From: an uncultured Planctomycetia bacterium
GTDB lineage: Bacteria; Omnitrophota; Gorgyraeia; 2-02-FULL-51-18
Assembly: GCA_964402785.1 (NCBI GenBank)
Contig: CAYODQ010000002.1
Location: forward strand, 5,763-69,762
Reading direction: 5' to 3'
Length of the DNA: 64,000 bases
A program made the position numbers and the translations under genes. The notes beneath the pieces are model-generated. The model was not told where the DNA came from. It made no database searches and saw only the letters and a program-made list of their open reading frames with translations. Shown here one piece after another: positions 40,398-50,484 of the stretch. Within the stretch, counting starts at the first letter, position 1, and the number at the start of each line of letters is the position of its first letter.

Positions 40398-42365
40398 CTA
40401 CATGATCCTTTGCGCCACGTTATGCAATACATCTTCTTGACGCCGCCGATACTCCCAGTCTGGGGCGCCAGACCGCTGAGACAACGACATCATCTGATCT
40501 AAAAATTGCTCGGAACGACCCCGCACGATCTTCCCTTCGCGCTCCAATCGATCCAAATATTCTTCGTATTTGGGTTTCGTGGATGTCCCTGCCTGCCAAG
40601 GTTCTATCACCAACACAAGTTTTCCGGCCATCACCGCTTCCGAGATCATCGACATGGACTCACCTGTTACGATCACCCAATCCGACAATCCCAATATAGC
40701 ACTCACGCCGCCCTGACGATTGGCTTCATTGGCGATCAAAAGATATGGACACACCCGCTTATCCAGAAAAAAATGCTTCATCACCTGCTCGGCCCAGGCT
40801 GGCGTTCGGCGCGAACTGGTCGCGATCACCTCAACACCCTGCCTTAGACTGAACTGATGCAGCATTTGCATCCACTTTTCAAACAGCGCCAGCTGAAACT
40901 GGATTTTAGTGGTATCTCCGCCAACAAGCAATCCAATTTTCTTCGCGTGCCCGCCCAAAGACAGCTCCGCGCGTAGTTTTTGCGATTCCCTTGAGAGATC
41001 TTCTTGTCGCATGGCAGAAAGCGCTCCATCCGTCACGAATACACGGTCGCTGGACATGGCTTTATCGTGTTTCGGAAGAATGATAGCATCGAACAGCTCG
41101 TGCGACGTGCTGGGCTTCATGATCAAAACGGATTTTGCTTTATTTTCTTTTTTGATCCAAATATTCACATCTTGAAGCGACGAGCCGCAAGAAATAACAA
41201 TATCCGCATACGCACGCCTCATCTGGCGATAGCAATCAGGTTTCAATGCAGCCTTGAGCCACAGAGTCCTAAATGGGATGTGTCCCCGACAAAGAATGCT
41301 CAGCGCGCGCAAGCCCCCTCTAAAAAACTCGTTCCTGAATTGGATCTGAAGCTCTTCACAAAAAAGCCTGTCGGCTGTTCCTTGCGGCTCACGCATGCGT
41401 CGCATCGCATCCACAACCGCCATGGATTGATGCACATGCCCGGCTCGCCCATCACTCAACACCAGGATCTTTTTGTCGGGCGACGATTTCCAGCGCCGAT
41501 GACCCCAAAGCCACTGATGAGGAGATCTTCGGATCTTCTCTTCAAGGGTATCTGCAAATTGCTGCAAAATAAAACTCTCGGCGTCATCCGGCGCTGCATC
41601 TGCCGGAGGCATCTTAAGGGCATCGCCCACTTCGATGAAGTGCTTCTCGCCTTTTTGCCTAAAAATAAAAACGGGGAAAATGGGTGCGCCGGTTCTCATG
41701 GAAAAAGCGGCAACGCCTGGAGGGGTTGATGAGAGTCTGTCAAAAAGATGAACGAATCGCCCTTTCTTTCCGCCATCCTGGTCGCTCAAAATGGCCACGA
41801 TCTTGCCTTCGTGCAAGGATTTTAAGATCTGGCGAACCATGATCCCTTTGTAAATGACCTGGCTGCCTTTGGATTCACGCAACTTGTTCAAATAGGCATC
41901 CGATCGTGGGTGCTTTTGCAATCTCGCCAAAGCCACCAGCGGCATCCCCATCAAGCTGCCGGCAATATTCAGAAGCTCCCAACTGCCAAAATGGCCGGTC
42001 AAAAAAATGACGCCTTTTTTTTGCCTCAAAGCTTCTTCGTATTTCTCGCGGCCTTCGATCGTAAAATGTTCTTGGATATATTTAAGATCCATATCCGGGA
42101 CCCTGAGCAGATCCACGGCATTCATGGCTAAGTTCTGAAAAGATCGCTCGGCTATTCTTTTGAGTTCTTTGGGTGAATAGGCTTCACCCAGAGCCATCTT
42201 GAGATTGCGATAAGCAATGGCGCCGCGCTTGGAAAAAATAAACACAAGCGTCCCCACCCCGCGCGCAAAAGCGAGCGAAAAACTAAAAGGAAGCCAGCGG
42301 ACTAAAGCTCGCCCAGCTTGGACGACTTTAAGAATTAAGGCATCTTCTAATAAAGTCTTCTTCAT
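40398..42365 (-). CDS. Lipid A acyltransferase (LpxL/HtrB family) fused to an ELM1/GtrOC1-like domain
   Basis: GHFGSWE, LSDQ and PHQWLWGHRRWK (LpxL), then LVLSDGRAGH..QS, P.HD, LVGGD, SSRRTP, VTGES.SMISEA (ELM1-like). Confidence 0.85.
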   Translation of the reverse strand: MKKTLLEDALILKVVQAGRALVRWLPFSFSLAFARGVGTLVFIFSKRGAIAYRNLKMALGEAYSPKELKRIAERSFQNLAMNAVDLLRVPDMDLKYIQEHFTIEGREKYEEALRQKKGVIFLTGHFGSWELLNIAGSLMGMPLVALARLQKHPRSDAYLNKLRESKGSQVIYKGIMVRQILKSLHEGKIVAILSDQDGGKKGRFVHLFDRLSSTPPGVAAFSMRTGAPIFPVFIFRQKGEKHFIEVGDALKMPPADAAPDDAESFILQQFADTLEEKIRRSPHQWLWGHRRWKSSPDKKILVLSDGRAGHVHQSMAVVDAMRRMREPQGTADRLFCEELQIQFRNEFFRGGLRALSILCRGHIPFRTLWLKAALKPDCYRQMRRAYADIVISCGSSLQDVNIWIKKENKAKSVLIMKPSTSHELFDAIILPKHDKAMSSDRVFVTDGALSAMRQEDLSRESQKLRAELSLGGHAKKIGLLVGGDTTKIQFQLALFEKWMQMLHQFSLRQGVEVIATSSRRTPAWAEQVMKHFFLDKRVCPYLLIANEANRQGGVSAILGLSDWVIVTGESMSMISEAVMAGKLVLVIEPWQAGTSTKPKYEEYLDRLEREGKIVRGRSEQFLDQMMSLSQRSGAPDWEYRRRQEDVLHNVAQRIM

Positions 42366-43308
42366 CGCTCACTTCGAATTCAATTTCAAGTACCCAAAAA
42401 TTGACACTCTTAAGCTCATCCGCGCTCAATTTAGCCAACACAGGTTTAAGCCTGAAATAATCTTTTTCTGTTGTCACCACCTCTCGCAAACCCGTGAGCT
42501 GGCATTGTTTGATAAAATGCCTTATCTCCGAGATCTCATACTCGTGATGATCACCATATCTAGCCGCCAAAAGGATCTCGGCGCCCAAGAGCTCCACCAT
42601 TTTTTCAAACGAATAAGGATCGCCGATGCCGGAGATCGCTGCCAATTTACGCCCCCTAACCTCGCTGGTATTCCAGCTTCGATTTTTAAGCGGCTCAAAA
42701 AAACGCACGGGTTTGTGCATAGCCTCAAAAATGATAGCATTGGGCTTGATCGAATTTATTTTTTGCCGTATCCAATGCAAGTTCTTATGCCCGATATTGG
42801 CTTTGGTCAGCACAAAAATATCCGCGCGCCCCAGATTCTCCAGCGGTTCTCGCAGCGTCCCTCTCGGAATAAGACCGCCGGGACCAAACGGCTCTGTCGA
42901 GTTGAGCGTAATGATATCAAGGTCGCGATGCAACCTTAAATGCTGGAACCCGTCATCCAAGATCAAATAATTCACACCGTGCTTTTGGATCGCTTCCTGC
43001 GCGGTTTTGATACGGTCCCTACCCACTATGACCGGCACTCCAGGAAGCTTCTTTTCCAATTCCTTCACCTCATCCATGCTGTAACCGCGCGTTAAAACGG
43101 CGACCTTTTTACCCTCTTCTTTCAGCTCGCGCGCCAAACGCACCGTGAGCGGCGTTTTTCCATTGCCGCCCCAAGTGATATTTCCAACAGAAAGCACTCT
43201 TGCGTTCACTTTTTTGATCTTGTTTGGAAACCAGCGATAACTGGCATGCCACACCTTTATCACAAGCCGATAACCAGCGGCCAAAATCTTGGCTATTATT
43301 TTTTTCAT
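42328..43308 (-). CDS. lpxK: Tetraacyldisaccharide 4'-kinase
   Basis: SVGNITWGGNGKTP, LTRGY, LDDGFQH, P.G.LRE, DHH, TTEKD. Confidence 0.95.
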   Translation of the reverse strand: MKKIIAKILAAGYRLVIKVWHASYRWFPNKIKKVNARVLSVGNITWGGNGKTPLTVRLARELKEEGKKVAVLTRGYSMDEVKELEKKLPGVPVIVGRDRIKTAQEAIQKHGVNYLILDDGFQHLRLHRDLDIITLNSTEPFGPGGLIPRGTLREPLENLGRADIFVLTKANIGHKNLHWIRQKINSIKPNAIIFEAMHKPVRFFEPLKNRSWNTSEVRGRKLAAISGIGDPYSFEKMVELLGAEILLAARYGDHHEYEISEIRHFIKQCQLTGLREVVTTEKDYFRLKPVLAKLSADELKSVNFWVLEIEFEVSDEEDFIRRCLNS

Positions 43309-44621
43309 ACGTTTAACAGTCTCCTTCCAAGCGATTGTTCGAGAACCGATAGTACATAATCCAGGTTTTTTTGGGCAGCGCCTCGGTGGCGACCGATCAG
43401 ATCTTTTGCCGCCTCACCGATATCCATTCGTTTGCGTGCGTCACCTATCCATTCCACCAACTTTACTTCCAGCGCCTCTTTATCTTTCACACATACCGAC
43501 GCTTTTCCATTTTCAAACTCCTCGACCATAGACTTAAAATTTTGCATGTAAGGGCCGTACAAAACGGGCTTTCCAAAATAGGCCGGCTCGACCAAATTAT
43601 GCCCGCCGATGGGCACAAGGCTGCCGCCCATGAACACGGCATCGGATGCGGCGTAAAAATCGGATAAAACACCCATTTTATCGATCAAAAAAACAGCGGC
43701 CTCGCGATCATTTTCCGCCGAGGCTTCAAATCTCTTTGAATACCGCCGGACACCCAAACTCTTGTTAAGCGCTGTTTTCTCAATATCATCCGCCCGATCG
43801 ACATGCCGAGGCGCCAAAACAAGCCTGAGGTCATGCTGCTTTCGCAAGCGTGAATACACATCCAAAACGATCTCTTCTTCGCCCGGATGAGTACTAGCGC
43901 ATAGCCAGGTAAAAAGACCGTGTTCATCCGGCAGCTGCGCGCGATCCTTGTCGGAAATCTTCCATTCGTTGGGCGACCATTCAAATTTCAAATTCCCCGT
44001 CACCTGCACACGCGACTCATCAGCGCCCAACCGAACAAATCGATCTTTCATCGTATCGTCTTGGACGGCGATCCCGCTGAGCCTATTCAAGGAATGCTTT
44101 AGAAAGAATTTGGCCTTCAGATATTTTTTAAATGCGCGGTCTGAGATCCGGCCATTGACGATGAACGTTGGTATCCTTTTGGCGAATAAAACATCGATCA
44201 AGTTGGGCCAGATCTCGGTTTCAAACAAAAGCACCGTGGAGGGAGAGATTTTTTTGACAAATGCGGCAACCGCCCAACTCCAATCGATCGGAAAATAGCA
44301 AAGCGCATCGTCATCTGATTTGATCTTGGAAGCGACCTCATATCCTGTTACGGTCGTGGTCGTGAACAAAATCTTGGCTTCCGGCATGCGAAGCTTAAGC
44401 TGGGCGGCCCACCTCACAGCAAGCCCGATCTCGCCCACCGATACGGCATGCAGCCACACCACCTTGTGACCGGCGAGCTTATCCAAACAGTCTTTGGGGG
44501 GATTTCCAAAACGAGCAGAGGCACCTTTATTAGCCTTCCCCTTCAAAATAAAAATAGGTAAATAAAATAAAGAAAATATCGCGAAGCCGAAATTGTACAA
44601 AAACTTGGATAAAAAGATCAT
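43305..44621 (-). CDS. waaA: KDO transferase
   Basis: WLHAVSVGE, ETEIWPN, ASTH.GEE, APRH, GGHN..EPA. Confidence 0.95.
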   Translation of the reverse strand: MIFLSKFLYNFGFAIFSLFYLPIFILKGKANKGASARFGNPPKDCLDKLAGHKVVWLHAVSVGEIGLAVRWAAQLKLRMPEAKILFTTTTVTGYEVASKIKSDDDALCYFPIDWSWAVAAFVKKISPSTVLLFETEIWPNLIDVLFAKRIPTFIVNGRISDRAFKKYLKAKFFLKHSLNRLSGIAVQDDTMKDRFVRLGADESRVQVTGNLKFEWSPNEWKISDKDRAQLPDEHGLFTWLCASTHPGEEEIVLDVYSRLRKQHDLRLVLAPRHVDRADDIEKTALNKSLGVRRYSKRFEASAENDREAAVFLIDKMGVLSDFYAASDAVFMGGSLVPIGGHNLVEPAYFGKPVLYGPYMQNFKSMVEEFENGKASVCVKDKEALEVKLVEWIGDARKRMDIGEAAKDLIGRHRGAAQKNLDYVLSVLEQSLGRRLLNV

Positions 44622-45499
44622 GCTCTGGGATGCGCCTTTCCGTATGCGTCTTTCAACCTCTCGATGGACACATGTGTATAGATCTGTGTAGTGGAAAGAT
44701 TCTCATGCCCCAAAAGCTCTTGGACAGATTTAAGGTCCGCGCCACGGTTCAAAAGATGCGTCGCAAAGGAATGTCGAAGTGTGTGCGGTGATATTTTTTC
44801 ACGGCGCGATGTTTGATCGATATATTTAAGTAAGGTGCGACGTACACTCCTATCCGTAAGCCGAGAGCCTCGCTGATTGGGCGAATGATTTAGAAATACG
44901 GCGCGCGATGACTTTTTGATCTGCTGATCCCTCAACTCCAGATACTGCCGAATATTTTTCAGCGCCCGATCACCGATAGGGCACAAGCGTTCTTTTGATC
45001 CTTTTCCAAACACACGGCAAACGCCGCTGATGAAATCAACTTTATCCAGATCCAAACTCACCAACTCCGACACGCGCATCCCGGTGGAATAAAGTGTCTC
45101 CAGGATAGCTTTGTCACGGCGGCCGTCCAGATCATTCGAAGGCGCATCAAGAAGACGGCTCACATCGGATTCATCCAATATGATCGGGAGTTTTTTCTCC
45201 TGCTTGGGATTGCGCACGGAGGCAAGCGGATTTTTGGAAACCAGCCCTTCCCTCACCAGAAAACGATAAAAAGTGCGCAACGCAGCCATGCGACGACTCA
45301 CCGTCCTTTTGGACAAACCATCCGCATTCAGCTTTGCCAAATATGAACGCACCTTGTCTTTGTCGATGCCCTCCACCGAAGCGTCACCGATGAAACTGAA
45401 AAATTCTTTAAGATCATGCGAATAATTCAAGATCGTATGCGGCGAATAATTTTTCTCGCCTTTCAAATAGTTGAGAAATTTTTGAAGAGAGATGTTCAT
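44618..45499 (-). CDS. xerC: Tyrosine recombinase XerC
   Basis: LYSTGMRVSE, GKGSKER, HTLRHSFATH, LLGH, TQIYTH; follows topA. Confidence 0.9.
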   Translation of the reverse strand: MNISLQKFLNYLKGEKNYSPHTILNYSHDLKEFFSFIGDASVEGIDKDKVRSYLAKLNADGLSKRTVSRRMAALRTFYRFLVREGLVSKNPLASVRNPKQEKKLPIILDESDVSRLLDAPSNDLDGRRDKAILETLYSTGMRVSELVSLDLDKVDFISGVCRVFGKGSKERLCPIGDRALKNIRQYLELRDQQIKKSSRAVFLNHSPNQRGSRLTDRSVRRTLLKYIDQTSRREKISPHTLRHSFATHLLNRGADLKSVQELLGHENLSTTQIYTHVSIERLKDAYGKAHPRA

Positions 45500-45501
45500 A
45501 T

Positions 45502-47769
45502 CTAAATATCGGAGAGATGTTTATCGTCTTCCGCGGGCCCTTGATCGTCAGCTTTGGGCGCTGCATCGGATCCCGGCTCAGCCGAATTCGCTGAGGGAAG
45601 TTTGTTGACGATATAGTTGCAATTGGGATAAGCCGTACACCCAAAAAAGGGCCGTCCGCGGCCTGACTTGGCGCGGCGCGCAACAAGCTTGCCCGTTTTG
45701 CATTGCGGGCAAACCACGTCGGTCGATATTGATTTTGCATTCTTGCACTCAGGCCACGCTGAGCAGCTCATGAAGCGGCCGCGGCGGCCCCATTTGATCA
45801 CCATGGGCTTGCCACATTTGTCACAGATCTCATCAGTGGGCTCAGCCACTTTCTTGACCGTTTGGATCTGGTCTTTGGCGGCCTCCATCTGCCCTTTAAA
45901 GACATCGTAAAAAGTGCGTACCACCTGCACCCAATTACAATGCCCTTCTTCGATCTCGTCCAACTGCTCTTCAAGTCCTGCGGTGAACTGAAAATCCATC
46001 ACCTTTTCAAAATGTTTCACCAAAATATCCACCACCAACATCCCAAGCTCCGTCGGCACCAAACTCCCGCCTTCTCTGCGGATATAATCGCGCCCCGTAA
46101 GCGTGGCGATGATCGGAGCATACGTCGAAGGGCGGCCGATCCCCTGTTCTTCCAGAGCCTTGACCAACGATGCATCCGTGAATCGCGCTGGCGGTTTTGT
46201 AAAATGCTGATGGTTTTGCAGATCCAAAAGGATCAAATTCTCCCCCACCTCAAGAGCAGGAAGCGGATTATCCTCATCTTCGCTGCGATCTGTGACGGCC
46301 AAAAAGCCAGGGAACTCCACACGGCTACCAGTGGAGCGAAAAATAAACTCGCCCGCTGCAATATCTGCCGTATCTTGCGCGATCAGCGCCGGCACCATCT
46401 GACTAGCCACCGTTTGCTCCCAGATCAGTGAATACAGCTTTTGTTGATCAGGCGTTAAGAAGGATTCGATCGACTTGGGATCTCTAGAAATAGCGCTGGG
46501 CCTAATAGCCTCATGTGCTTCCTGAGCTGCTTTTTTTGACTTATAAACATTGGGAGTACCCGGCAAATAATCCTTACCGAATTGTTTTGCAATGTAGTCA
46601 CGCGTCTCCTTGAGGGCTCCCTCCGAAATTCGCACTGAATCCGTACGCATGTAGGTGATTAAACCCACGCTGCCCTCGTCGGCAATCTCCACGCCTTCAT
46701 AAAGGGTTTGAGCCACCTTCATCGTTTTGGAGGCAGGGAAACGATATCGGTTATAAGCTGCCTGTTGTAATTTGCTGGTGGTGAACGGCGCCGACGGATT
46801 GCGCTTTTTCTTGAGATGCTTGACCTCCTTGACGATGAAGGGAGCATTTTTGGATGCCGCCAAAGCCTTATCGGCCACCCCTTTATCGGCCATCTCTATC
46901 TTTTTATCACCGATCTTTTCGAGATTGGCTTTGAAAGTACGCGTATCACCGCTCTTTTTTTTGAGATCCGCTTCGATGGACCAGTATTCTTCGGGTACAA
47001 ATGCCCGGATCTTTCTTTCCTGGTCGACGATGAGACGAAGCGCTACCGATTGCACGCGGCCGGCTGACAATCCACGGCCCACTTTCTGCCACAAAAGCGG
47101 GCTTAAACTATAACCCACGAGACGATCCAGCACGCGCCTTGCTTGCTGGGCGCCAATGAGATCCATGTTCAGATCATGCGGTTTTTTAAACGCCTCTAAA
47201 ATAGCGTCCTTCGTGATCTCATTGAACACCACTCGCCATACGGTTTTTCCTTTGCCGAGGGCTTCTTTCAAATGCCAGCTGATCGCTTCACCCTCACGGT
47301 CAGGGTCACAGGCCAGGTATATTTCTTTTTTAGATTTGGCTTTTTTCTTAAGCTCGCTGAGCGTTTTCTTCCTGTCTTTGACCACGATATACTTGGGCTC
47401 AAAATTATTCTCGATGTCGATGCCCATTTTACTTTTGGGAAGATCGATCACATGACCCATCGAAGCCGTCACTTCAAATCCGGAGCCTAGATATTTCTGG
47501 ATGGTCTTGCATTTGGCAGGAGACTCCACGATCACAAGCGCATGCGCTGGCGCTCCACCACCCACAAAATGCACAATCTCAATCTGGTCTCCCTCGCGCA
47601 CCGCCACATCCGAAAGACAGTCACGCGATACGATCTCAAGATTGTGTTCGACCACGACCTTTTCTTTCACGATCTTGAGCGCCTCTAAAAGCTGCAACAA
47701 ATTAATTCCTGAAGAAAATTCCCTCTTCTCTCCATTCAAAATAATATGAACCATAGATGCTGTGCTCAC
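45502..47769 (-). CDS. topA: DNA topoisomerase I (type IA) with an N-terminally fused ThiS-like ubiquitin-fold domain
   Basis: Residues 1-72 are ThiS-like (LNGE...VVVEHN.EIV...EGDQIEIVHFVGGG). Then LVIVESPAK, DPDREGE, SAGRVQS, ITYMRTDS (catalytic Tyr) and two C4 zinc ribbons. Confidence 0.95.
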   Translation of the reverse strand: MSTASMVHIILNGEKREFSSGINLLQLLEALKIVKEKVVVEHNLEIVSRDCLSDVAVREGDQIEIVHFVGGGAPAHALVIVESPAKCKTIQKYLGSGFEVTASMGHVIDLPKSKMGIDIENNFEPKYIVVKDRKKTLSELKKKAKSKKEIYLACDPDREGEAISWHLKEALGKGKTVWRVVFNEITKDAILEAFKKPHDLNMDLIGAQQARRVLDRLVGYSLSPLLWQKVGRGLSAGRVQSVALRLIVDQERKIRAFVPEEYWSIEADLKKKSGDTRTFKANLEKIGDKKIEMADKGVADKALAASKNAPFIVKEVKHLKKKRNPSAPFTTSKLQQAAYNRYRFPASKTMKVAQTLYEGVEIADEGSVGLITYMRTDSVRISEGALKETRDYIAKQFGKDYLPGTPNVYKSKKAAQEAHEAIRPSAISRDPKSIESFLTPDQQKLYSLIWEQTVASQMVPALIAQDTADIAAGEFIFRSTGSRVEFPGFLAVTDRSEDEDNPLPALEVGENLILLDLQNHQHFTKPPARFTDASLVKALEEQGIGRPSTYAPIIATLTGRDYIRREGGSLVPTELGMLVVDILVKHFEKVMDFQFTAGLEEQLDEIEEGHCNWVQVVRTFYDVFKGQMEAAKDQIQTVKKVAEPTDEICDKCGKPMVIKWGRRGRFMSCSAWPECKNAKSISTDVVCPQCKTGKLVARRAKSGRGRPFFGCTAYPNCNYIVNKLPSANSAEPGSDAAPKADDQGPAEDDKHLSDI

Positions 47770-48809
47770 GATTTCACCGAATAATACTTTCCGGGCAGCT
47801 CTTTAAGAGCGCCTTTGATCTGAAGCATGGTGAGAGACATCAAGACCTGTGAGGGCGCAAGCCTGGTCTTCTCGACGATCTCATCCACATGCAACGGCTC
47901 CGCATCGTCAAAGAGATCCAAAATGCCTTTTTCCTCCGGAGAGCTAGCCGATTTCTTGGCTTGCTTCAGATTGGCTTCTTTAAAAAGAACGCCGTATTCA
48001 TTCAAGATATCTTCGGCACAAGTAACGAACCGCGCACCTTGCTTGAGCAGCCAGTTGCTTCCTTTGGATTTGGAAGATTCATTGGCGGGCACCGCAAAAA
48101 CATCACGGCCCTGCTCCAGCGCCAATCCCGATGTGATCAAAGCGCCGCTTTTCTCACGTGCTTCCACAACGACCAAGCCGCGCGACAAACCGCTGATGAT
48201 GCGGTTGCGCATCGGAAAATAGGCTGGCATCGGGGTCATCCGAATCGGATACTCTGACACCACAGCTCCTTTTCTGGCGATCGCATCGATCATCTTCTTT
48301 CCGCCATGGTCGTAAACATTGCCAATGCCGCCACCCAGAACGGCCACGGTCACACCATCCGCTTTCAAAGCGCCATTGTGCGCCGCGGTGTCTATTCCTC
48401 TAGCCATACCACTTACGACCACAACTCCAGCGCCGGCCAGATCACAACCAAATGCCTCCGCTGTTTTGAGTCCATGGAGGGAAGCGTCGCGGGAACCCAC
48501 CACACCCACGGCAAGATCATTATCACTTGGAAGCTCACCCTTCACATAAAGCAGGATCGGTGGATCGAATATATTTTTAAGTGCTGCCGGATAGGCCTTA
48601 TCAAAAAAATGGATGATATGAACACCTCGAGCATACGTCATTTCGATCTCTTCATCGGCCGCTTTAAGATCGCGGGCTTTGGCCTGAAAAAACCTCTCCA
48701 AAGAACCGTGCTCCATCAATCCATTTTTAAACGTTACGGCGCCCATGCGCGGCACCAGTGATAAAGCCACCATTTGCCGCAACGTCTCGGTTATCTTAAA
48801 TGCGCCCAT
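47766..48809 (-). CDS. dprA: DNA-processing protein DprA
   Basis: YP..L..I.DPP, VVGSR, SGMARGID.AAH, FP.RNRIISG, C-terminal winged helix; short N-terminus. Confidence 0.95.
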   Translation of the reverse strand: MGAFKITETLRQMVALSLVPRMGAVTFKNGLMEHGSLERFFQAKARDLKAADEEIEMTYARGVHIIHFFDKAYPAALKNIFDPPILLYVKGELPSDNDLAVGVVGSRDASLHGLKTAEAFGCDLAGAGVVVVSGMARGIDTAAHNGALKADGVTVAVLGGGIGNVYDHGGKKMIDAIARKGAVVSEYPIRMTPMPAYFPMRNRIISGLSRGLVVVEAREKSGALITSGLALEQGRDVFAVPANESSKSKGSNWLLKQGARFVTCAEDILNEYGVLFKEANLKQAKKSASSPEEKGILDLFDDAEPLHVDEIVEKTRLAPSQVLMSLTMLQIKGALKELPGKYYSVKS

Positions 48810-49348
48810 CAGAACCAGTCCTTTCCAAATTCAAACGTATCCCCTTCCAACCAAAGCGCTATCTCTTCGGCTACCTGCTGAGCTGTTTTGCCATCCGTCA
48901 CAAAACTCTTATCAGCCTTCTCATAATATTTCTGCCGCTCGCCCATCAGCCGCGCAATACTCGTCTTCATGTCCTCGCCCTTTAAAAGCGGACGATGGCG
49001 TGATTCTTTGACCCGCTGATACACGGTCTCTGGCGTCGCAAAAAGCGCTATCACCAACCCATTTTTTTTTAAATTTTCCATATTGGTAGCGTCCAACACA
49101 GCGCCCCCGCCTGTCGTGATCACCAAATGCTGTCCTCTCGAAACCTGCTCGATCGCAGATCTTTCGAGACCTCTAAAATAAGGCTCACCTTTTTTCTCGA
49201 ACAGATCCGAGATCTTGGCTTTGGCATCCTCTTCGATCTTATGATCCACATCCACCCACAAGCGGTTCATGCGCTTGGCCAATTGCTTACCTACGGATGA
49301 TTTGCCGGTGCCCATAAAACCAATGAGGACGATATTTTTTTCCGTCAT
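48809..49348 (-). CDS. aroK: Shikimate kinase
   Basis: IGFMGTGKS, GE.YFR, TGGG, RPLL. Confidence 0.95.
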   Translation of the reverse strand: MTEKNIVLIGFMGTGKSSVGKQLAKRMNRLWVDVDHKIEEDAKAKISDLFEKKGEPYFRGLERSAIEQVSRGQHLVITTGGGAVLDATNMENLKKNGLVIALFATPETVYQRVKESRHRPLLKGEDMKTSIARLMGERQKYYEKADKSFVTDGKTAQQVAEEIALWLEGDTFEFGKDWF

Positions 49349-50472
49349 CAACTCTCTTTTATTTGTTTTTGGTACGATTTATAATTCCGCATCGTTTCCT
49401 GCAGACTATCGCCGCCAAATTTTTCAAGAAAAGCATTGGCCAATTCAAACGCCACCATCGCTTCGCCCACGACACCGCATGCCGGCACGGCCGTGACATC
49501 CGAGCGCTCAATGGTCGCCACTTCTTTTTTCTTGGATTCGATATTCACCGATTGAAGCGGGCTCATCAGAGTGGCATAAGGCTTGGTACCTGCGCGCAGC
49601 ACAAGATCTTCTCCATTGGTCATCCCACCCTCAAAGCCGCCCGCGCGGTTGGTTTTGCGGTAATATCCTTTTTTCTTATCGTAGAAGATCTCATCATGCA
49701 CAAACTTACCCAGATCCTTGGAAACACCAAAGCCCATCCCGATCTCGACACCTTTGATCGCCTGGATCGACATAAGCGCGGCGCACAACTTAGCCGTGAG
49801 CCTTCGGTCATAATGCACATAACTACCCAATCCCATCGGAACGCCCGTCACCACGACTTCAAAGATACCGCCGATCGTGTCTTTGGATGTTTTGGCTTCG
49901 TCTACGCGCGCCATCATCTTTTTTTCAGCTGCCTTATCCGCGCAATGCATGGGTGAGTGCAGCGCATGCTTCTTGATCTCAGAAAAACTCATCCCCTCTG
50001 TATTCGCGTTGACGCCACCGATAGAGACGACGTGGCTTACGATCTCAACACCAAATTCCGCCAAAAAAGCGCGGCACACAGCTCCCACAGCCACGCGCGC
50101 CGTGGTTTCACGCGCACTCGCGCGCTCGAGAATATCCCGCACATCCTGACGGCCATATTTAAGAGCACCGACAAGATCCGCATGCCCCGGACGCGGACGC
50201 TTCACGATCGGAAGCTCATTGATCTTAAAATCCCGGTTGGGAACAAATAACGCGATGGGGCCGCCGATAGACCTCTTGCTCCGCACGCCGGACATGATCT
50301 CAACATGATCCTTTTCGATCGTCATACGCCCGCCGCGGCCATAGCCTTCTTGACGTCGCGACAGATCAGCGTTGATGTCAGCCTCGTCCACTTTAAGTCC
50401 AGCGACCATCCCTTCAAGGATGGCGATCAAACATTTGCCGTGTGACTCCCCGCTTGTCAAAAATCGAAGCAT
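49348..50472 (-). CDS. aroC: Chorismate synthase
   Basis: GESHG, RPGHAD, ERASARET, GGFEGGMTNG, ERSD. Confidence 0.97.
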   Translation of the reverse strand: MLRFLTSGESHGKCLIAILEGMVAGLKVDEADINADLSRRQEGYGRGGRMTIEKDHVEIMSGVRSKRSIGGPIALFVPNRDFKINELPIVKRPRPGHADLVGALKYGRQDVRDILERASARETTARVAVGAVCRAFLAEFGVEIVSHVVSIGGVNANTEGMSFSEIKKHALHSPMHCADKAAEKKMMARVDEAKTSKDTIGGIFEVVVTGVPMGLGSYVHYDRRLTAKLCAALMSIQAIKGVEIGMGFGVSKDLGKFVHDEIFYDKKKGYYRKTNRAGGFEGGMTNGEDLVLRAGTKPYATLMSPLQSVNIESKKKEVATIERSDVTAVPACGVVGEAMVAFELANAFLEKFGGDSLQETMRNYKSYQKQIKES

Positions 50473-50484
50473 CGTCTCCCCCTC

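Noticed and set aside
44618-45499. Phage or island integrase
   Set aside because: Its size, motifs and dprA-topA-xerC context fit housekeeping XerC, and there are no cargo genes.
47532-47560. Independent topA start after an SD-like GGTGGAG at the ThiS junction
   Set aside because: The nearby ATG is out of frame and stops after two more codons (ATG CGC TTG TGA). The in-frame GTG is far from the SD and lies inside the first TOPRIM strand. ThiS has no stop codon.
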